NCBI GenBank assembly: GCA_024405635.1
Contig: JAKSOL010000007.1
Location: 32,001 to 96,000, forward strand
From: Salinivirgaceae bacterium
GTDB lineage: Bacteria > Bacteroidota > Bacteroidia > Bacteroidales > SZUA-534
DNA: 64,000 nt
Reading direction: 5' to 3'
Shown piece by piece: positions 10,599 through 22,547 of the stretch. Numbering within the stretch: position 1 is the stretch's first letter; each line of letters starts with the position of its first letter. The notes beneath the pieces were generated by a model. The model worked only from the letters and a program-made list of their open reading frames with translations. It did not search any database and had not been told where the DNA came from. The position numbers and the translations under genes are program-made.

Positions 10599-12263
10599 AT
10601 GTGTGGAATTGTAGGTATTTTCAATATTGAGCAGCAATCAACCGAGCTGCGTAACAAGGCGTTAGCCATGTCGGCAAAAATTCGTCACCGTGGTCCCGAT
10701 TGGAGTGGTATTTACTGCGGTCAACGTTGCATCTTGGCTCACGAGCGCCTTTCAATTGTCGATCCTCAAAGTGGTCGCCAACCTTTGTACTCGCCCGACC
10801 GCAAACAAGTTTTGGCGGTTAATGGCGAAATTTACAACCATCAAGCTATTCGTGCTCAATATGCTGGCAAATACGAGTTTCAAACTGGCTCCGACTGCGA
10901 AGTTATTCTTGCTCTTTACCGCGAAAAAGGCATCAATTTTCTTGAAGATTTGAATGGCATTTTTGCTTTTGCTCTTTACGACGAGGAGCGCGACGAATTT
11001 CTTATTGCACGCGACCCAATTGGCGTTATTCCTCTTTACATTGGCAAAGATGCCGATGGCAAAGTGTATGTTGCCAGCGAGTTAAAAGCTCTTGAGGGCT
11101 TTTGCGATAGCTACGAACCTTTCCTTCCGGGCCATTACTATCACAGTGCCGAAGGTGAACTTAAACGCTGGTGGACTCGCGACTGGTTTGAGTATAATGC
11201 AGTAAAAAACAACCCAGCAAGTGTTGCCGAATTGCACGATGCTCTTGAGGCTGCAGTTAAGCGCCAACTTATGAGCGATGTGCCTTACGGTGTATTGCTA
11301 TCGGGCGGTTTAGATAGTTCGGTAACTTCGGCTATTGCTAAAAAATTTGCTAGTAAACGTATTGAGAGTGGCGACAAAACCGAAGCTTGGTGGCCTCAAC
11401 TTCACTCGTTTGCTGTGGGCCTAAAAGGTGCTCCCGATTTGGCCAAAGCCCGCGAGGTTGCTAAACACATTGGAACCGTTCATCACGAGATAAACTACAC
11501 CGTGCAAGAGGGCTTAGACGCCATTCGCGATGTGATTTATTTTATTGAAACATACGATGTTACAACCATTCGTGCCAGCACTCCAATGTATTTGCTTGCC
11601 CGTGTAATTCGCAGCATGGGTATAAAAATGGTATTGAGTGGCGAGGGTGCCGACGAGATTTTTGGCGGTTACCTTTACTTCCACAAAGCTCCAAGTGCCG
11701 AAGAGTTCCACAAAGAAACTGTGCGCAAACTTGGTAAACTATATATGTACGACTGCCTACGTGCCAACAAATCGCTGAGCGCTTGGGGCATCGAAGGTCG
11801 CGTGCCTTTCCTCGACAAAGAATTTCTTGATGTTGCAATGCGCCTAAATCCTGAAGTTAAAATGTGCCCTGGTTCAACCATCGAAAAGAAAATTGTGCGC
11901 GAGGCATTTGCCGATATGTTGCCCGAGAGCGTTGCATGGCGTCAAAAAGAGCAATTCTCCGACGGCGTAGGCTACAGCTGGATTGATAGCTTGAAAGAAC
12001 TAACAGCAAGCCAAGTAACCGACGAGCAAATGGCTCATGCTGCCGAGCGTTTCCCAATAAACCCACCAATGAACAAAGAAGAGTACTACTATCGCAGCAT
12101 CTTTGAGCAACACTTCCCAAGCGATTCGGCTGCGCGTAGTGTGCCTAGCGAAAAAAGTGTGGCTTGCTCTACTGCCATCGCTCTTGAGTGGGACGAGGCT
12201 TTCAAAAACCTTAACGACCCTAGCGGCCGCGCTGTAAAAGGTGTTCACGAAAGTGCTTATTAA
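10599..12263 (+). CDS. asnB: Asparagine synthase (glutamine-hydrolysing)
   Basis: MCGI start, HRGPDWSG, LLSGGLDSS, SGEGADE. Confidence 0.96.
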   Translation: MCGIVGIFNIEQQSTELRNKALAMSAKIRHRGPDWSGIYCGQRCILAHERLSIVDPQSGRQPLYSPDRKQVLAVNGEIYNHQAIRAQYAGKYEFQTGSDCEVILALYREKGINFLEDLNGIFAFALYDEERDEFLIARDPIGVIPLYIGKDADGKVYVASELKALEGFCDSYEPFLPGHYYHSAEGELKRWWTRDWFEYNAVKNNPASVAELHDALEAAVKRQLMSDVPYGVLLSGGLDSSVTSAIAKKFASKRIESGDKTEAWWPQLHSFAVGLKGAPDLAKAREVAKHIGTVHHEINYTVQEGLDAIRDVIYFIETYDVTTIRASTPMYLLARVIRSMGIKMVLSGEGADEIFGGYLYFHKAPSAEEFHKETVRKLGKLYMYDCLRANKSLSAWGIEGRVPFLDKEFLDVAMRLNPEVKMCPGSTIEKKIVREAFADMLPESVAWRQKEQFSDGVGYSWIDSLKELTASQVTDEQMAHAAERFPINPPMNKEEYYYRSIFEQHFPSDSAARSVPSEKSVACSTAIALEWDEAFKNLNDPSGRAVKGVHESAY

Positions 12264-12330
12264 TTTCAGTTAATCGGTTTATAACGAATAACTAACACAA
12301 AAAGGTGAAACGTTTAACAAGAAACTGAGT

Positions 12331-13701
12331 ATGGATTCTTTGCACGAAGAATGTGGCGTTTTTGGCATCTTTGGCGTCGAAAATGCAGCCGAAATGGCCT
12401 ACTATGGACTTCATGCGTTGCAACATCGTGGTCAAGAGGGTTGCGGCATTGTTGCTGTCGATTCTAACGGACAACTTAAACGCATTAAAGGCGAAGGGCT
12501 TGTTCACGAGGTGTTTAACGAGGATAAAATTGCTAATCTGACTGGCAATATGGCCATTGGCCACGTGCGTTACTCAACCACAGGTGGCGGTGGCATCGAA
12601 AATGTGCAGCCGTTTATGTACATACACAGTACAGGCGATTTTGCCTTAGCTCATAATGGCAATCTTGTTAACTACAAGCATCTGCGCGAGCAAATGGAAG
12701 AGACTGGTAGTTTGTTCCGCTCGTCAAGCGATAGCGAAATTCTAGCTCATCTTATTAAGAAAACAACCACAGGCAAAGACCAACCTCGCATCTATGCTCT
12801 TATTGATGCTCTTAACGTAATTGAGGGCGCCTTTGCATTCTTAATAATGACCGCCAACCGCATTTATGCTTGCCGCGACCGCAACGGTTTACGCCCGCTT
12901 GCTATTGGCACTTTGCCCAACGGCGGCTATGTTGTTGCTAGCGAAACATGTGCATTCGACACCATTGGTGCCACTTTTTTGCGCGATGTTGAACCTGGCG
13001 AAATAGTGTCAATCGACAATCACGGTTTGCGAAGCAATTTCTTCACCCAAAACACACGTCATGCCATGTGTGCCATGGAGTTCATATACTTTGCTCGCCC
13101 CGATAGCGATATTGACGGCTGCAATGTTCACACGTTTCGCAAAGAGTCGGGCCGACGTTTGTTTGCCGAGGCTCCTGCCAATGCCGATATGGTGGTTGGT
13201 GTGCCCGACAGTAGTTTGAGCGCTGCTATGGGTTACGCCGAGGCTAGCGGTTTGCCCTACGAAATGGGGTTGATTAAAAACAAATACATTGCCCGAACCT
13301 TTATTCAACCATCGCAAGCGTTGCGCGAAAAAGGTGTTCGCATGAAACTCTCGGCTGTAAAGTCGGTGGTTAACGGAAAAAGGGTAGTGCTAATCGATGA
13401 TTCAATTGTGCGAGGTACTACATCGTTGCGTATTGTAAACATGCTTCGCGAGGCTGGTGCTACCGAGGTTCATGTGCGCATTGCTAGCGCACCATTGCGC
13501 AAACCTTGTTTCTATGGCGTCGATATAAGTAACGAAGATGAACTTATTAGCGCTCGCTTTTCGGTTGACGAGGTTTGCAAAAAAATTGGAGCCGACTCGC
13601 TCGCTTTTCTTTCAGAAGATGCAATGAAAGCTAGTGCAAACCGCAACGACATGTGTTTTGCTTGTTTTAACGGAAAATATCCAACCAATGTTAATGGTTA
13701 A
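12331..13701 (+). CDS. purF: Amidophosphoribosyltransferase
   Basis: EECGVFG, LQHRGQE, GHVRYST, DDSIVRGTT. Confidence 0.95.
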   Translation: MDSLHEECGVFGIFGVENAAEMAYYGLHALQHRGQEGCGIVAVDSNGQLKRIKGEGLVHEVFNEDKIANLTGNMAIGHVRYSTTGGGGIENVQPFMYIHSTGDFALAHNGNLVNYKHLREQMEETGSLFRSSSDSEILAHLIKKTTTGKDQPRIYALIDALNVIEGAFAFLIMTANRIYACRDRNGLRPLAIGTLPNGGYVVASETCAFDTIGATFLRDVEPGEIVSIDNHGLRSNFFTQNTRHAMCAMEFIYFARPDSDIDGCNVHTFRKESGRRLFAEAPANADMVVGVPDSSLSAAMGYAEASGLPYEMGLIKNKYIARTFIQPSQALREKGVRMKLSAVKSVVNGKRVVLIDDSIVRGTTSLRIVNMLREAGATEVHVRIASAPLRKPCFYGVDISNEDELISARFSVDEVCKKIGADSLAFLSEDAMKASANRNDMCFACFNGKYPTNVNG

Positions 13702-13749
13702 ATAGCCATTCCCCCAAAAAAAAACGAGAAACGAAAAACGAATAAATAA

Positions 13750-15360
<1,611 letters not shown>

Positions 15361-15381
15361 CCTTATTTTAAGTTTATTAAA

Positions 15382-15420
15382 ACAAAAAATCCCCAAGTTT
15401 TGGCTTGGGGATTTTTTTGT
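15382..15420. terminator. Bidirectional intrinsic terminator between pyrG and the EamA gene
   Basis: AAAAAATCCCCAAG-loop-CTTGGGGATTTTTT between convergent genes. Confidence 0.75.
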
Positions 15421-15441
15421 ATTGATAGTAAAAATGACTTG

Positions 15442-16368
15442 CTATTCGGTTTTTATCAAATCGCTCTTGGCCTTGCTTTTGTTTACCATTATAACACCAA
15501 CAACAACCAAAATGGCGGCTACCATTTTTTGCCAGTTGAGCGAGTCCATTCCAAGATAAATGCTCATTACAGCAGCAATTAGTGGTTGCAAATAAGTGTA
15601 AAGGCTTACAACGGTTGGCCGCAGACTTTTTTGTCCCACGGGAATAAGAAAATAGGCCACAAAGGTTGCCATAATAATCAAGTAGGATAGTTCAAGGTAG
15701 TAGTTTGTAGGAATGGTTGAGTAATTAACGCTTGCAAGGTCGGTTACACTGAAGGGCAACGACACTAAAAGCGAAAACAAAAACATCCACTTCATAAACG
15801 TAACTACACTGTATTTGGCAATTAGTGGGCGGAAAATGCCAAGGTACATGGCAAAAAATACGTTGTTGAAAATTAAAAGCACCACGCCCATCGGTTTGGT
15901 TTCCGATACACCATTTGAGCCTAGGCTTACGCTGTTGAGTATAAGCATCACCACACCAGCAAAACCAATAATCACGCCGCCTGCTTTTTTCCATGTAATT
16001 GGTTCTTTAAGAGCTATGGCGGCCACAATCATTGTAAAAATGGGCACAAGAGGCGAAATAATTGCAGCATCAAGTGATGTGGTTATGGTTATGCCAACCA
16101 AAAAAGTCATTTGGGTAAGAAACAAACCTAACATTGATGCTATGAATATTTTGCAAAAGTCGGCACGGTCAATTTTTTCTTTTGGCATAAAAACCGAAGC
16201 TAACCAAAGTAGCGCACTAGCGCCAAGTGCACGCAAGGTAAACAACCCTATGGGCGAAATTATGTGCGAGTTGGCAATACCTTTGCACACAATAATGTTG
16301 AATCCAAAAATGGCGTATGCCGTAAAGGCTGCAGCGTGGCCAATAAGTTTGTTGTTGTTTGCGTCCAT
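15442..16368 (-). CDS. DMT/EamA family transporter
   Basis: 308 aa, about 10 hydrophobic segments in two EamA-like halves. Confidence 0.85.
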   Translation of the reverse strand: MDANNNKLIGHAAAFTAYAIFGFNIIVCKGIANSHIISPIGLFTLRALGASALLWLASVFMPKEKIDRADFCKIFIASMLGLFLTQMTFLVGITITTSLDAAIISPLVPIFTMIVAAIALKEPITWKKAGGVIIGFAGVVMLILNSVSLGSNGVSETKPMGVVLLIFNNVFFAMYLGIFRPLIAKYSVVTFMKWMFLFSLLVSLPFSVTDLASVNYSTIPTNYYLELSYLIIMATFVAYFLIPVGQKSLRPTVVSLYTYLQPLIAAVMSIYLGMDSLNWQKMVAAILVVVGVIMVNKSKAKSDLIKTE

Positions 16369-16388
16369 TCTTTATGTTGTTGTTTGTG

Positions 16389-18491
16389 CTACGAAATGCG
16401 GCCCCAATCAAACTCATATCGCCAACGGCGGGTTAATTCGCTTAGCAGAATAGAGTTGTTGTTATTGGCAAGGGTAGGGTCGTTGTCTAGTACTTGCTCG
16501 GCAGCATTTCGGGCAATAATCAAAATTTGGTTGTCGGTGCTAAGGTTGGCAATTTTCAGGTTAATGTCTAGTCCGCTTTGTTGTGTTCCTTCAAGGTCGC
16601 CAGGTCCGCGCAGTTTAAGGTCGGCTTCGGCAATGGCAAAACCGTCGCTTGTTTGCACCATGGTTTGCAAGCGTTGGCGAGCATCGGTGGTAAGTTTATT
16701 GCCCGACATGAGTATGCAGTACGACTGGTCAGCTCCACGGCCTACACGTCCGCGTAATTGGTGCAGTTGGCTCAAACCAAATCGTTCAGCGCTTTCAATA
16801 ACCATTACCGAGGCATTTGGCACGTTTACACCTACTTCAATCACTGTGGTTGCTATCAGTATATCGGCCTGATGGTTTATGAAGTAGTTCATCGATATGT
16901 CTTTGTCGGCTGGTTTCATTTGTCCGTGTACCACGCTTATTGAGTATTGCGGTGGCGGAAAAGCGCGCAATATGCTTTCAACTCCATCTTCAAGGTACTT
17001 GTAGTCGCTCGACTCCGATTCCTTTATCATTGGATACACAATGTAAATCTGTCGGCCAAGTTTTATTTGGTCGCGCATAAATTGAAATACTTGCAGCCTT
17101 TTTGTGTCGAAGAAATGGTAGGTTTTAATTGGTTTTCGGCCTGGTGGCAGTTCGTCAATTACCGACACGTCGAGGTCGCCATACAGAGTCATTGCCAAGG
17201 TGCGAGGAATGGGTGTGGCGGTCATTATAAGCACGTGTGGTGGTGTGTTGTTTTTCTTCCACAATTTGGCGCGTTGTGCTACTCCAAAACGGTGTTGTTC
17301 GTCAATCACTACCATGCCAATGTTGTTAAACACCACGTTGTCTTCAATAAGTGCGTGAGTTCCAACCACAATTTTTAGTTGTCCTGAAGCTAAATCGTCA
17401 AGCAATTTTTTTCGCACCGATTGTTTGGTTGATCCTGTGAGTAATGCTACAGGCAGTCCCATTGGTTGCAGCAAATCGCAAAACGACTTGTAGTGCTGTG
17501 TGGCCAATATTTCGGTTGGTGCCATAATGCAAGCTTGAAAACCGTTGTCAATGGCCAACAATATGCTCATAAGTGCTACAAGTGTTTTTCCGCTACCAAC
17601 ATCGCCTTGCAGCAAACGGTTCATTTGGTAACCAGTGTTGGTGTCGTGTCTAATCTCGTGTAGCACTCGTTTTTGTGCTCCAGTTAGTTCAAACGGAAGG
17701 TGCTTTGAGTAAAAGGTGTTAAAATATTCGCCTACAGTGGTAAACCTATGCCCGCCAAAGGCTTTGGCTCTATGTCCTTTTATTCGTAGCATTTTAAGTT
17801 GTATGTAAAACAACTCTTCAAATTTTAATCGAAAACGAGCCCTTTCAAGTTCTGCTTGGCTTTGTGGAATGTGTATGTTCATTAGCGCATCGCCAAGTTT
17901 CATAAGATTTAGTTGCTCAATAATGTAGGCGGGTAAAGTTTCGTGTATCGAGCCTTTTATTTGTTGGTGTAGAGCTATTTGAATGTTGTGAATGGTGCGC
18001 GATGTTACATTGCGCGTTTTCATTTTTTCGGTAGTGTTATATAGTGGCAATAGCGCTGCCGATAGGTTTTGTTTGTGCTTGTCCATTGTCTCCATTTCGG
18101 GGTGAACAATGTTCAAGTTGCGGTTAAATTCGCTAGGCTTACCAAACACCACATATTCCTCGTTCAGTTTTAGCGACGAGCGTATCCATTTAATTCCGCG
18201 AAACCATACCAACTGAATCAGTCCTGTTTCGTCGGCAAAATAGGCTATCATTCGCTGTTGACGGCCTTCGCCAATAACATCAACTTTGGTAATTCGGCCT
18301 TTAATCTGAACCCAACCAAGTTGCTCGTTTAATTGGTTAATGGGGTAGTATCGAGTGCGGTCAAGATGTCGGTACGGAAAGTAATACAACATGTCGCGAA
18401 CTGTTTTTATGTTCAGTTCGGTTGCTAAAATGTTGGCTCGTTCGGTTCCAACACCTTTTAGGTACGTTATGTTGTCGTCAAGGTTTAGCAA
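16389..18491 (-). CDS. recG: ATP-dependent DNA helicase RecG
   Basis: LLQGDVGSGKT, DEQHRFGV, QLHQLRGRVGRG. Confidence 0.96.
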   Translation of the reverse strand: MLNLDDNITYLKGVGTERANILATELNIKTVRDMLYYFPYRHLDRTRYYPINQLNEQLGWVQIKGRITKVDVIGEGRQQRMIAYFADETGLIQLVWFRGIKWIRSSLKLNEEYVVFGKPSEFNRNLNIVHPEMETMDKHKQNLSAALLPLYNTTEKMKTRNVTSRTIHNIQIALHQQIKGSIHETLPAYIIEQLNLMKLGDALMNIHIPQSQAELERARFRLKFEELFYIQLKMLRIKGHRAKAFGGHRFTTVGEYFNTFYSKHLPFELTGAQKRVLHEIRHDTNTGYQMNRLLQGDVGSGKTLVALMSILLAIDNGFQACIMAPTEILATQHYKSFCDLLQPMGLPVALLTGSTKQSVRKKLLDDLASGQLKIVVGTHALIEDNVVFNNIGMVVIDEQHRFGVAQRAKLWKKNNTPPHVLIMTATPIPRTLAMTLYGDLDVSVIDELPPGRKPIKTYHFFDTKRLQVFQFMRDQIKLGRQIYIVYPMIKESESSDYKYLEDGVESILRAFPPPQYSISVVHGQMKPADKDISMNYFINHQADILIATTVIEVGVNVPNASVMVIESAERFGLSQLHQLRGRVGRGADQSYCILMSGNKLTTDARQRLQTMVQTSDGFAIAEADLKLRGPGDLEGTQQSGLDINLKIANLSTDNQILIIARNAAEQVLDNDPTLANNNNSILLSELTRRWRYEFDWGRIS

Positions 18492-18506
18492 TGTGTTACC
18501 GTTTAA

Positions 18507-21203
18507 CTAAAAGTTGTCGTACCAGCTACGGCTCTTGTTGTATTTCAAGTCTTGCAAAACGGCCGATTTTACGTTAATGCTGAAACTATAGCTTTGGCGG
18601 GCTCCAAATGGAACCAATCGAACCGAAGCAACCCAGCAGTGCAAGTCGCGCGATATTGACATACTTGTATGTGTGAATTGTTTTGTGTCGAAATCGAAAC
18701 CTGAATTCAAACCAATTTTCCATTTTGGAGTTAGGCTTAAGTCGCCGTTAAAACTTAATGTTTGGCTAATTTTTTGCGACAAACCTTGGTTGGTGTATGT
18801 CAGGCTATAGTTTAACGACAAGCTCCAAGGCACATTAAAGTAGTCGTACTCGCGCAATTCGTCGCTCACGCCATCGCTGTGGTCTGCATCAATGTTTTTG
18901 GTTTCTTCGTCTTTGTTCTTTTCTGCTCGTTTTTTCGCTATGTCTTTCGAATTGAATTGATAACTGGTTGATAGCGAAGCTCGTGTTATGCGGAAAGGTT
19001 TGCCAGTAACGTCGTATTCAAATTTATCGATGCGCTTGCCCAAGTCGTCAAGTGCATAAAGGTCGCCTGTTGCATTAAAGTTTACGTTCAGTGTTTTAAA
19101 CAATTTTGTGCGGCCTGTCATCGATATGTTGCTCCATTTGAATTGCTCGGCTAGCATATTGTAAGAGGTTGAAAAATTCAACGCATCAAAAATTACCACT
19201 TTGCGAGTTTGTGTTATTGTGTCTTTTAAGTCGCGCACTTTCATTTCAACTCGGTTGCCTAACGAGAACGAGAACGAACTTGTTTTTCCTTTGCCCGGTA
19301 CTCCGTAAACAGCGTTCTTAAATATCGAATAACGCTTGCTAATGTCGTTTGCATAAGCAGGGCAAGGGTCGCTGCGGTAGTATCCAAATTGATTGGTGCT
19401 AAAATCGGGTTTGTAACTATACGATATGCTTGGAGTCATTACGTGGCGCAATGCCAATATCGGTCCAATTTTGTATTGGTACATGCCATACAATGTGGTA
19501 TTTACGCCTAACGATACGCCATACTCGTGCAACCATTTAAACTGATTGTGTTCTACTTCTTTGTAATGGTAGTCGTATACTTTTTTGTTTGCGCTCGATC
19601 TTGCCTCGTTGAGTGTTGAATCGACAAATACTTTTTCGGTGTATTTCCAATACCATCGGCCTGTGTAGTTCACACCAGGCGACACACTTAGGTATTTAAG
19701 CACCTTAAACGATTTGCTTATGGTTGGTTTGTGTTGTGCTCCGTATATAAACTTGTCTTTGGTTGATGGCGCAAACAAACTATCGATGTGTGTTTTTACC
19801 GAATTTTTGAACGATCCTGAGTACGATATGCCAATGTCTTCGTACCAACGTTGTTTGCCAACTGCATTTTTACGTTTAAATGGTTGAATGCGGCGCATCG
19901 ATAGCGACAAATTAGGCAGTGTTAGGCTCAAACTTGAGTCGCGTGTGTTTTGTGTGTGCAACACGTTTATTGATGCATTAAACGGCGAGTTCCAAATACT
20001 ATTCATTTGGTACGATATGCTCGACGATGTGGTGTTGGTTAAGTAATCGGACGACGATGTTGAAACCTTTTTGTTGTACTCGCTGCTCGAAAAGTTTACG
20101 TTGGCGCTAAAGGTTGTGTTTGGTCGGAATTTTGGGTCTTGTGTGTGTGTCCAAGTTAGTTTGTACGATGTTCCTTCGCTGTAGTCGCTTAAGCCTTTTT
20201 CGCCTGTTACGGTTTTGGCGTATGTAAACGACATGTTGCCCGAGAATTTGTATCTCACTTTGTATCGGGTTGTTGAAGTTGCGTTCCACGAGCCTTTTGA
20301 GTAAACGCTACCACGAACAGTAAAATCAAAGTAATCGTTAATGGCCAAATAATAACCACCGTCTGATAGGTAGAAACCACGGTTGCGCTCTTCGCCTACA
20401 CGTGGCATTATAAAGCCCGATGTTCGTTTTTTGGTAATGGGGAAGTAACCAAACGGCAATGCCAATGGAAGCGGTATGTCGGCCATAACCATATATGCGG
20501 GTCCCGACACTATGGCTTTGTCGGGTATAACTTTTCCTTTTGTTAGCATCAGGTAAAAGTGTGGGTCTTCCAACTCGCAAGTAGTGTATTTTCCGTGCAG
20601 AATGTTAATTGAGTTGTCGGCTTCTTTTTTTGTGAGTTGGCTGTGCAAATAGCCATCTTGTTGTTCGCTATATAGGTTTTCAATGTAGCCGCGCTGTGTG
20701 TTTACGTTGTAGGTCAGCGTTTTAGCTTTCATTTCTTCATTTCCTTGTTTAAATACAGGAGCGCCAGTAACGTTGCCAGTGCTATCGGCAACTCCTTCGG
20801 CATACACAATGCCTTGGTCCATATCGGCCTCAATGTATGCGGCGGTAAGGTTAATGTCGTCAAACTGAATTTCGGCATCGCCATAAAGGTAAACCTTGCC
20901 ACCATCGAGCGAAAAAATGGTAGAGTCTTTGGCTGAGGTTGAAATGGTTGATTTGAATAGCGGCTTTTTATTTTTTTGAGCAGAATCGTTGGCTGCAATA
21001 GCAGATTTGCTCGCATCATTAGCTGGTTTTGATTGAAACTCGCTGCGAGTTTCTGTCGTTGCTATGTGCGATGCAGTGTCGGCTTTTGCAGTTGTAGTGT
21101 CTGTTGCCGGTTTATTATTGTTATTTTCAGCAGTTTGTCCCGATGCACTTGTTGCGCACATCAGTAAAACCAACACCGCTGAGAATATTCCTTTTGCTTT
21201 CAA
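18507..21203 (-). CDS. lptD: Putative LPS-assembly protein LptD (Bacteroidota type)
   Basis: Signal peptide, YTTCE..PHF motif, beta-rich C-terminus ending RDLHCW...; divergent from amidase as usual in Bacteroidota. Confidence 0.8.
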   Translation of the reverse strand: MKAKGIFSAVLVLLMCATSASGQTAENNNNKPATDTTTAKADTASHIATTETRSEFQSKPANDASKSAIAANDSAQKNKKPLFKSTISTSAKDSTIFSLDGGKVYLYGDAEIQFDDINLTAAYIEADMDQGIVYAEGVADSTGNVTGAPVFKQGNEEMKAKTLTYNVNTQRGYIENLYSEQQDGYLHSQLTKKEADNSINILHGKYTTCELEDPHFYLMLTKGKVIPDKAIVSGPAYMVMADIPLPLALPFGYFPITKKRTSGFIMPRVGEERNRGFYLSDGGYYLAINDYFDFTVRGSVYSKGSWNATSTTRYKVRYKFSGNMSFTYAKTVTGEKGLSDYSEGTSYKLTWTHTQDPKFRPNTTFSANVNFSSSEYNKKVSTSSSDYLTNTTSSSISYQMNSIWNSPFNASINVLHTQNTRDSSLSLTLPNLSLSMRRIQPFKRKNAVGKQRWYEDIGISYSGSFKNSVKTHIDSLFAPSTKDKFIYGAQHKPTISKSFKVLKYLSVSPGVNYTGRWYWKYTEKVFVDSTLNEARSSANKKVYDYHYKEVEHNQFKWLHEYGVSLGVNTTLYGMYQYKIGPILALRHVMTPSISYSYKPDFSTNQFGYYRSDPCPAYANDISKRYSIFKNAVYGVPGKGKTSSFSFSLGNRVEMKVRDLKDTITQTRKVVIFDALNFSTSYNMLAEQFKWSNISMTGRTKLFKTLNVNFNATGDLYALDDLGKRIDKFEYDVTGKPFRITRASLSTSYQFNSKDIAKKRAEKNKDEETKNIDADHSDGVSDELREYDYFNVPWSLSLNYSLTYTNQGLSQKISQTLSFNGDLSLTPKWKIGLNSGFDFDTKQFTHTSMSISRDLHCWVASVRLVPFGARQSYSFSINVKSAVLQDLKYNKSRSWYDNF

Positions 21204-21290
21204 ATCAAATAGATTGTACTACTTTTGTTAACCAAAAAATGGCAAAAAAATTGCCGTCAAAACTAATCAAAATTAAAGAGCCATTAAAGC

Positions 21291-22541
21291 ATGAATAAAA
21301 AAATAGCAACTTTGCTGATATTCTTTAATATAGCCACTTTTGGCAACTGTGTTTCGGCTCAGCAAAATGCGTCGGCACAACATTTGGTGGTGCTCGATGC
21401 TGGCCATGGTGGCCACGACACTGGTGCTATTGGTAAAAACAGCCGCGAAAAAGATATTGTTCTTGCCATTACGCTTAAAGTGGGCGAGTACATTACCCAA
21501 AACGTACCTAACGTTAAGGTTATGTACACTCGCAAAACCGACGAGTTTATTGCTCTTGATGAGCGTGCTAACATTGCCAATCGTAACAATGCTGACTTGT
21601 TTGTGTCTATTCACGCCAACTCAAACAAAAGCAACAAACCTTTTGGTACCGAAACTTTTGCAATGGGTTTGCATAAGTCGCAAGGCAACCTCGATGTGGC
21701 TCAAAAAGAGAACTCGGTTATTGTAATGGAGGACGATTACAACACTAAGTACGAGGGTTTTGACCCATCGTCGGCCGAATCGTACATCATCTTTTCGCTA
21801 ATGCAAAACGTGTTTCTTGATAAAAGTTTGTCGCTTGCTAAACAGGTGCAAGACGAGTTTCGCGACCGCGCCCGTCGTACCGACCGAGGTGTAAAACAAG
21901 CAGGTTTCTTGGTGCTTTGGCACACCAAAATGCCTAGCATACTCATCGAAACTGGTTTTATTTCTAATCCCGAAGAGGAAAAGTTCATTAGTTCAACTAA
22001 CGGACAAGATTTGCTTGCATCGGCTATTTATCGTGCTATTAAAAACTACTTTGCCGAAATTGACAAGGACGAAGATTTGATGCGCCAAACCAAACCGCAA
22101 GCTTCTGAAACTAAAAAAGAGGATAAAAAGACCGACAAAAAACCAGCAAACGAGCAACCTAAATCTGAGGCAAAACCTGAACCTAAAGTTGAACCTAAAC
22201 CTCAGCCAAAAACTGAACAAACAACCGCTCCTTCGGCTCAAAAAACGCAACCTCAAGCGCCAAAAACAGTAGCCGAGGCTCACAACATTTGCTACCGTGT
22301 GCAAGTTGCTACTTCAAACTCAAAACTCGACGCTAAAGCTAAGCAGTTTGCGGGTTTTAGCAATGTTTACGAGTTTTGCGAAGGAGGTAAGTATAAATAC
22401 ACGGTTGGTAAATTCGCAACCATTGCCGAGGCTAAAAAGTATCAGCAACAGGTTCGCGCAAAATATCCCGATGCTTTTGTCGTTGCTTTTGATGGTGATA
22501 AGAAAATATCGGTGTCTGAAGCACAAAAACTTGAAAAATAA
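21291..22541 (+). CDS. N-acetylmuramoyl-L-alanine amidase (Amidase_3) with C-terminal SPOR-like domain
   Basis: VVLDAGHGGHD, FVSIHAN, SILIETGFISN; K/P/E-rich linker. Confidence 0.9.
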   Translation: MNKKIATLLIFFNIATFGNCVSAQQNASAQHLVVLDAGHGGHDTGAIGKNSREKDIVLAITLKVGEYITQNVPNVKVMYTRKTDEFIALDERANIANRNNADLFVSIHANSNKSNKPFGTETFAMGLHKSQGNLDVAQKENSVIVMEDDYNTKYEGFDPSSAESYIIFSLMQNVFLDKSLSLAKQVQDEFRDRARRTDRGVKQAGFLVLWHTKMPSILIETGFISNPEEEKFISSTNGQDLLASAIYRAIKNYFAEIDKDEDLMRQTKPQASETKKEDKKTDKKPANEQPKSEAKPEPKVEPKPQPKTEQTTAPSAQKTQPQAPKTVAEAHNICYRVQVATSNSKLDAKAKQFAGFSNVYEFCEGGKYKYTVGKFATIAEAKKYQQQVRAKYPDAFVVAFDGDKKISVSEAQKLEK

Positions 22542-22547
22542 ACTGAC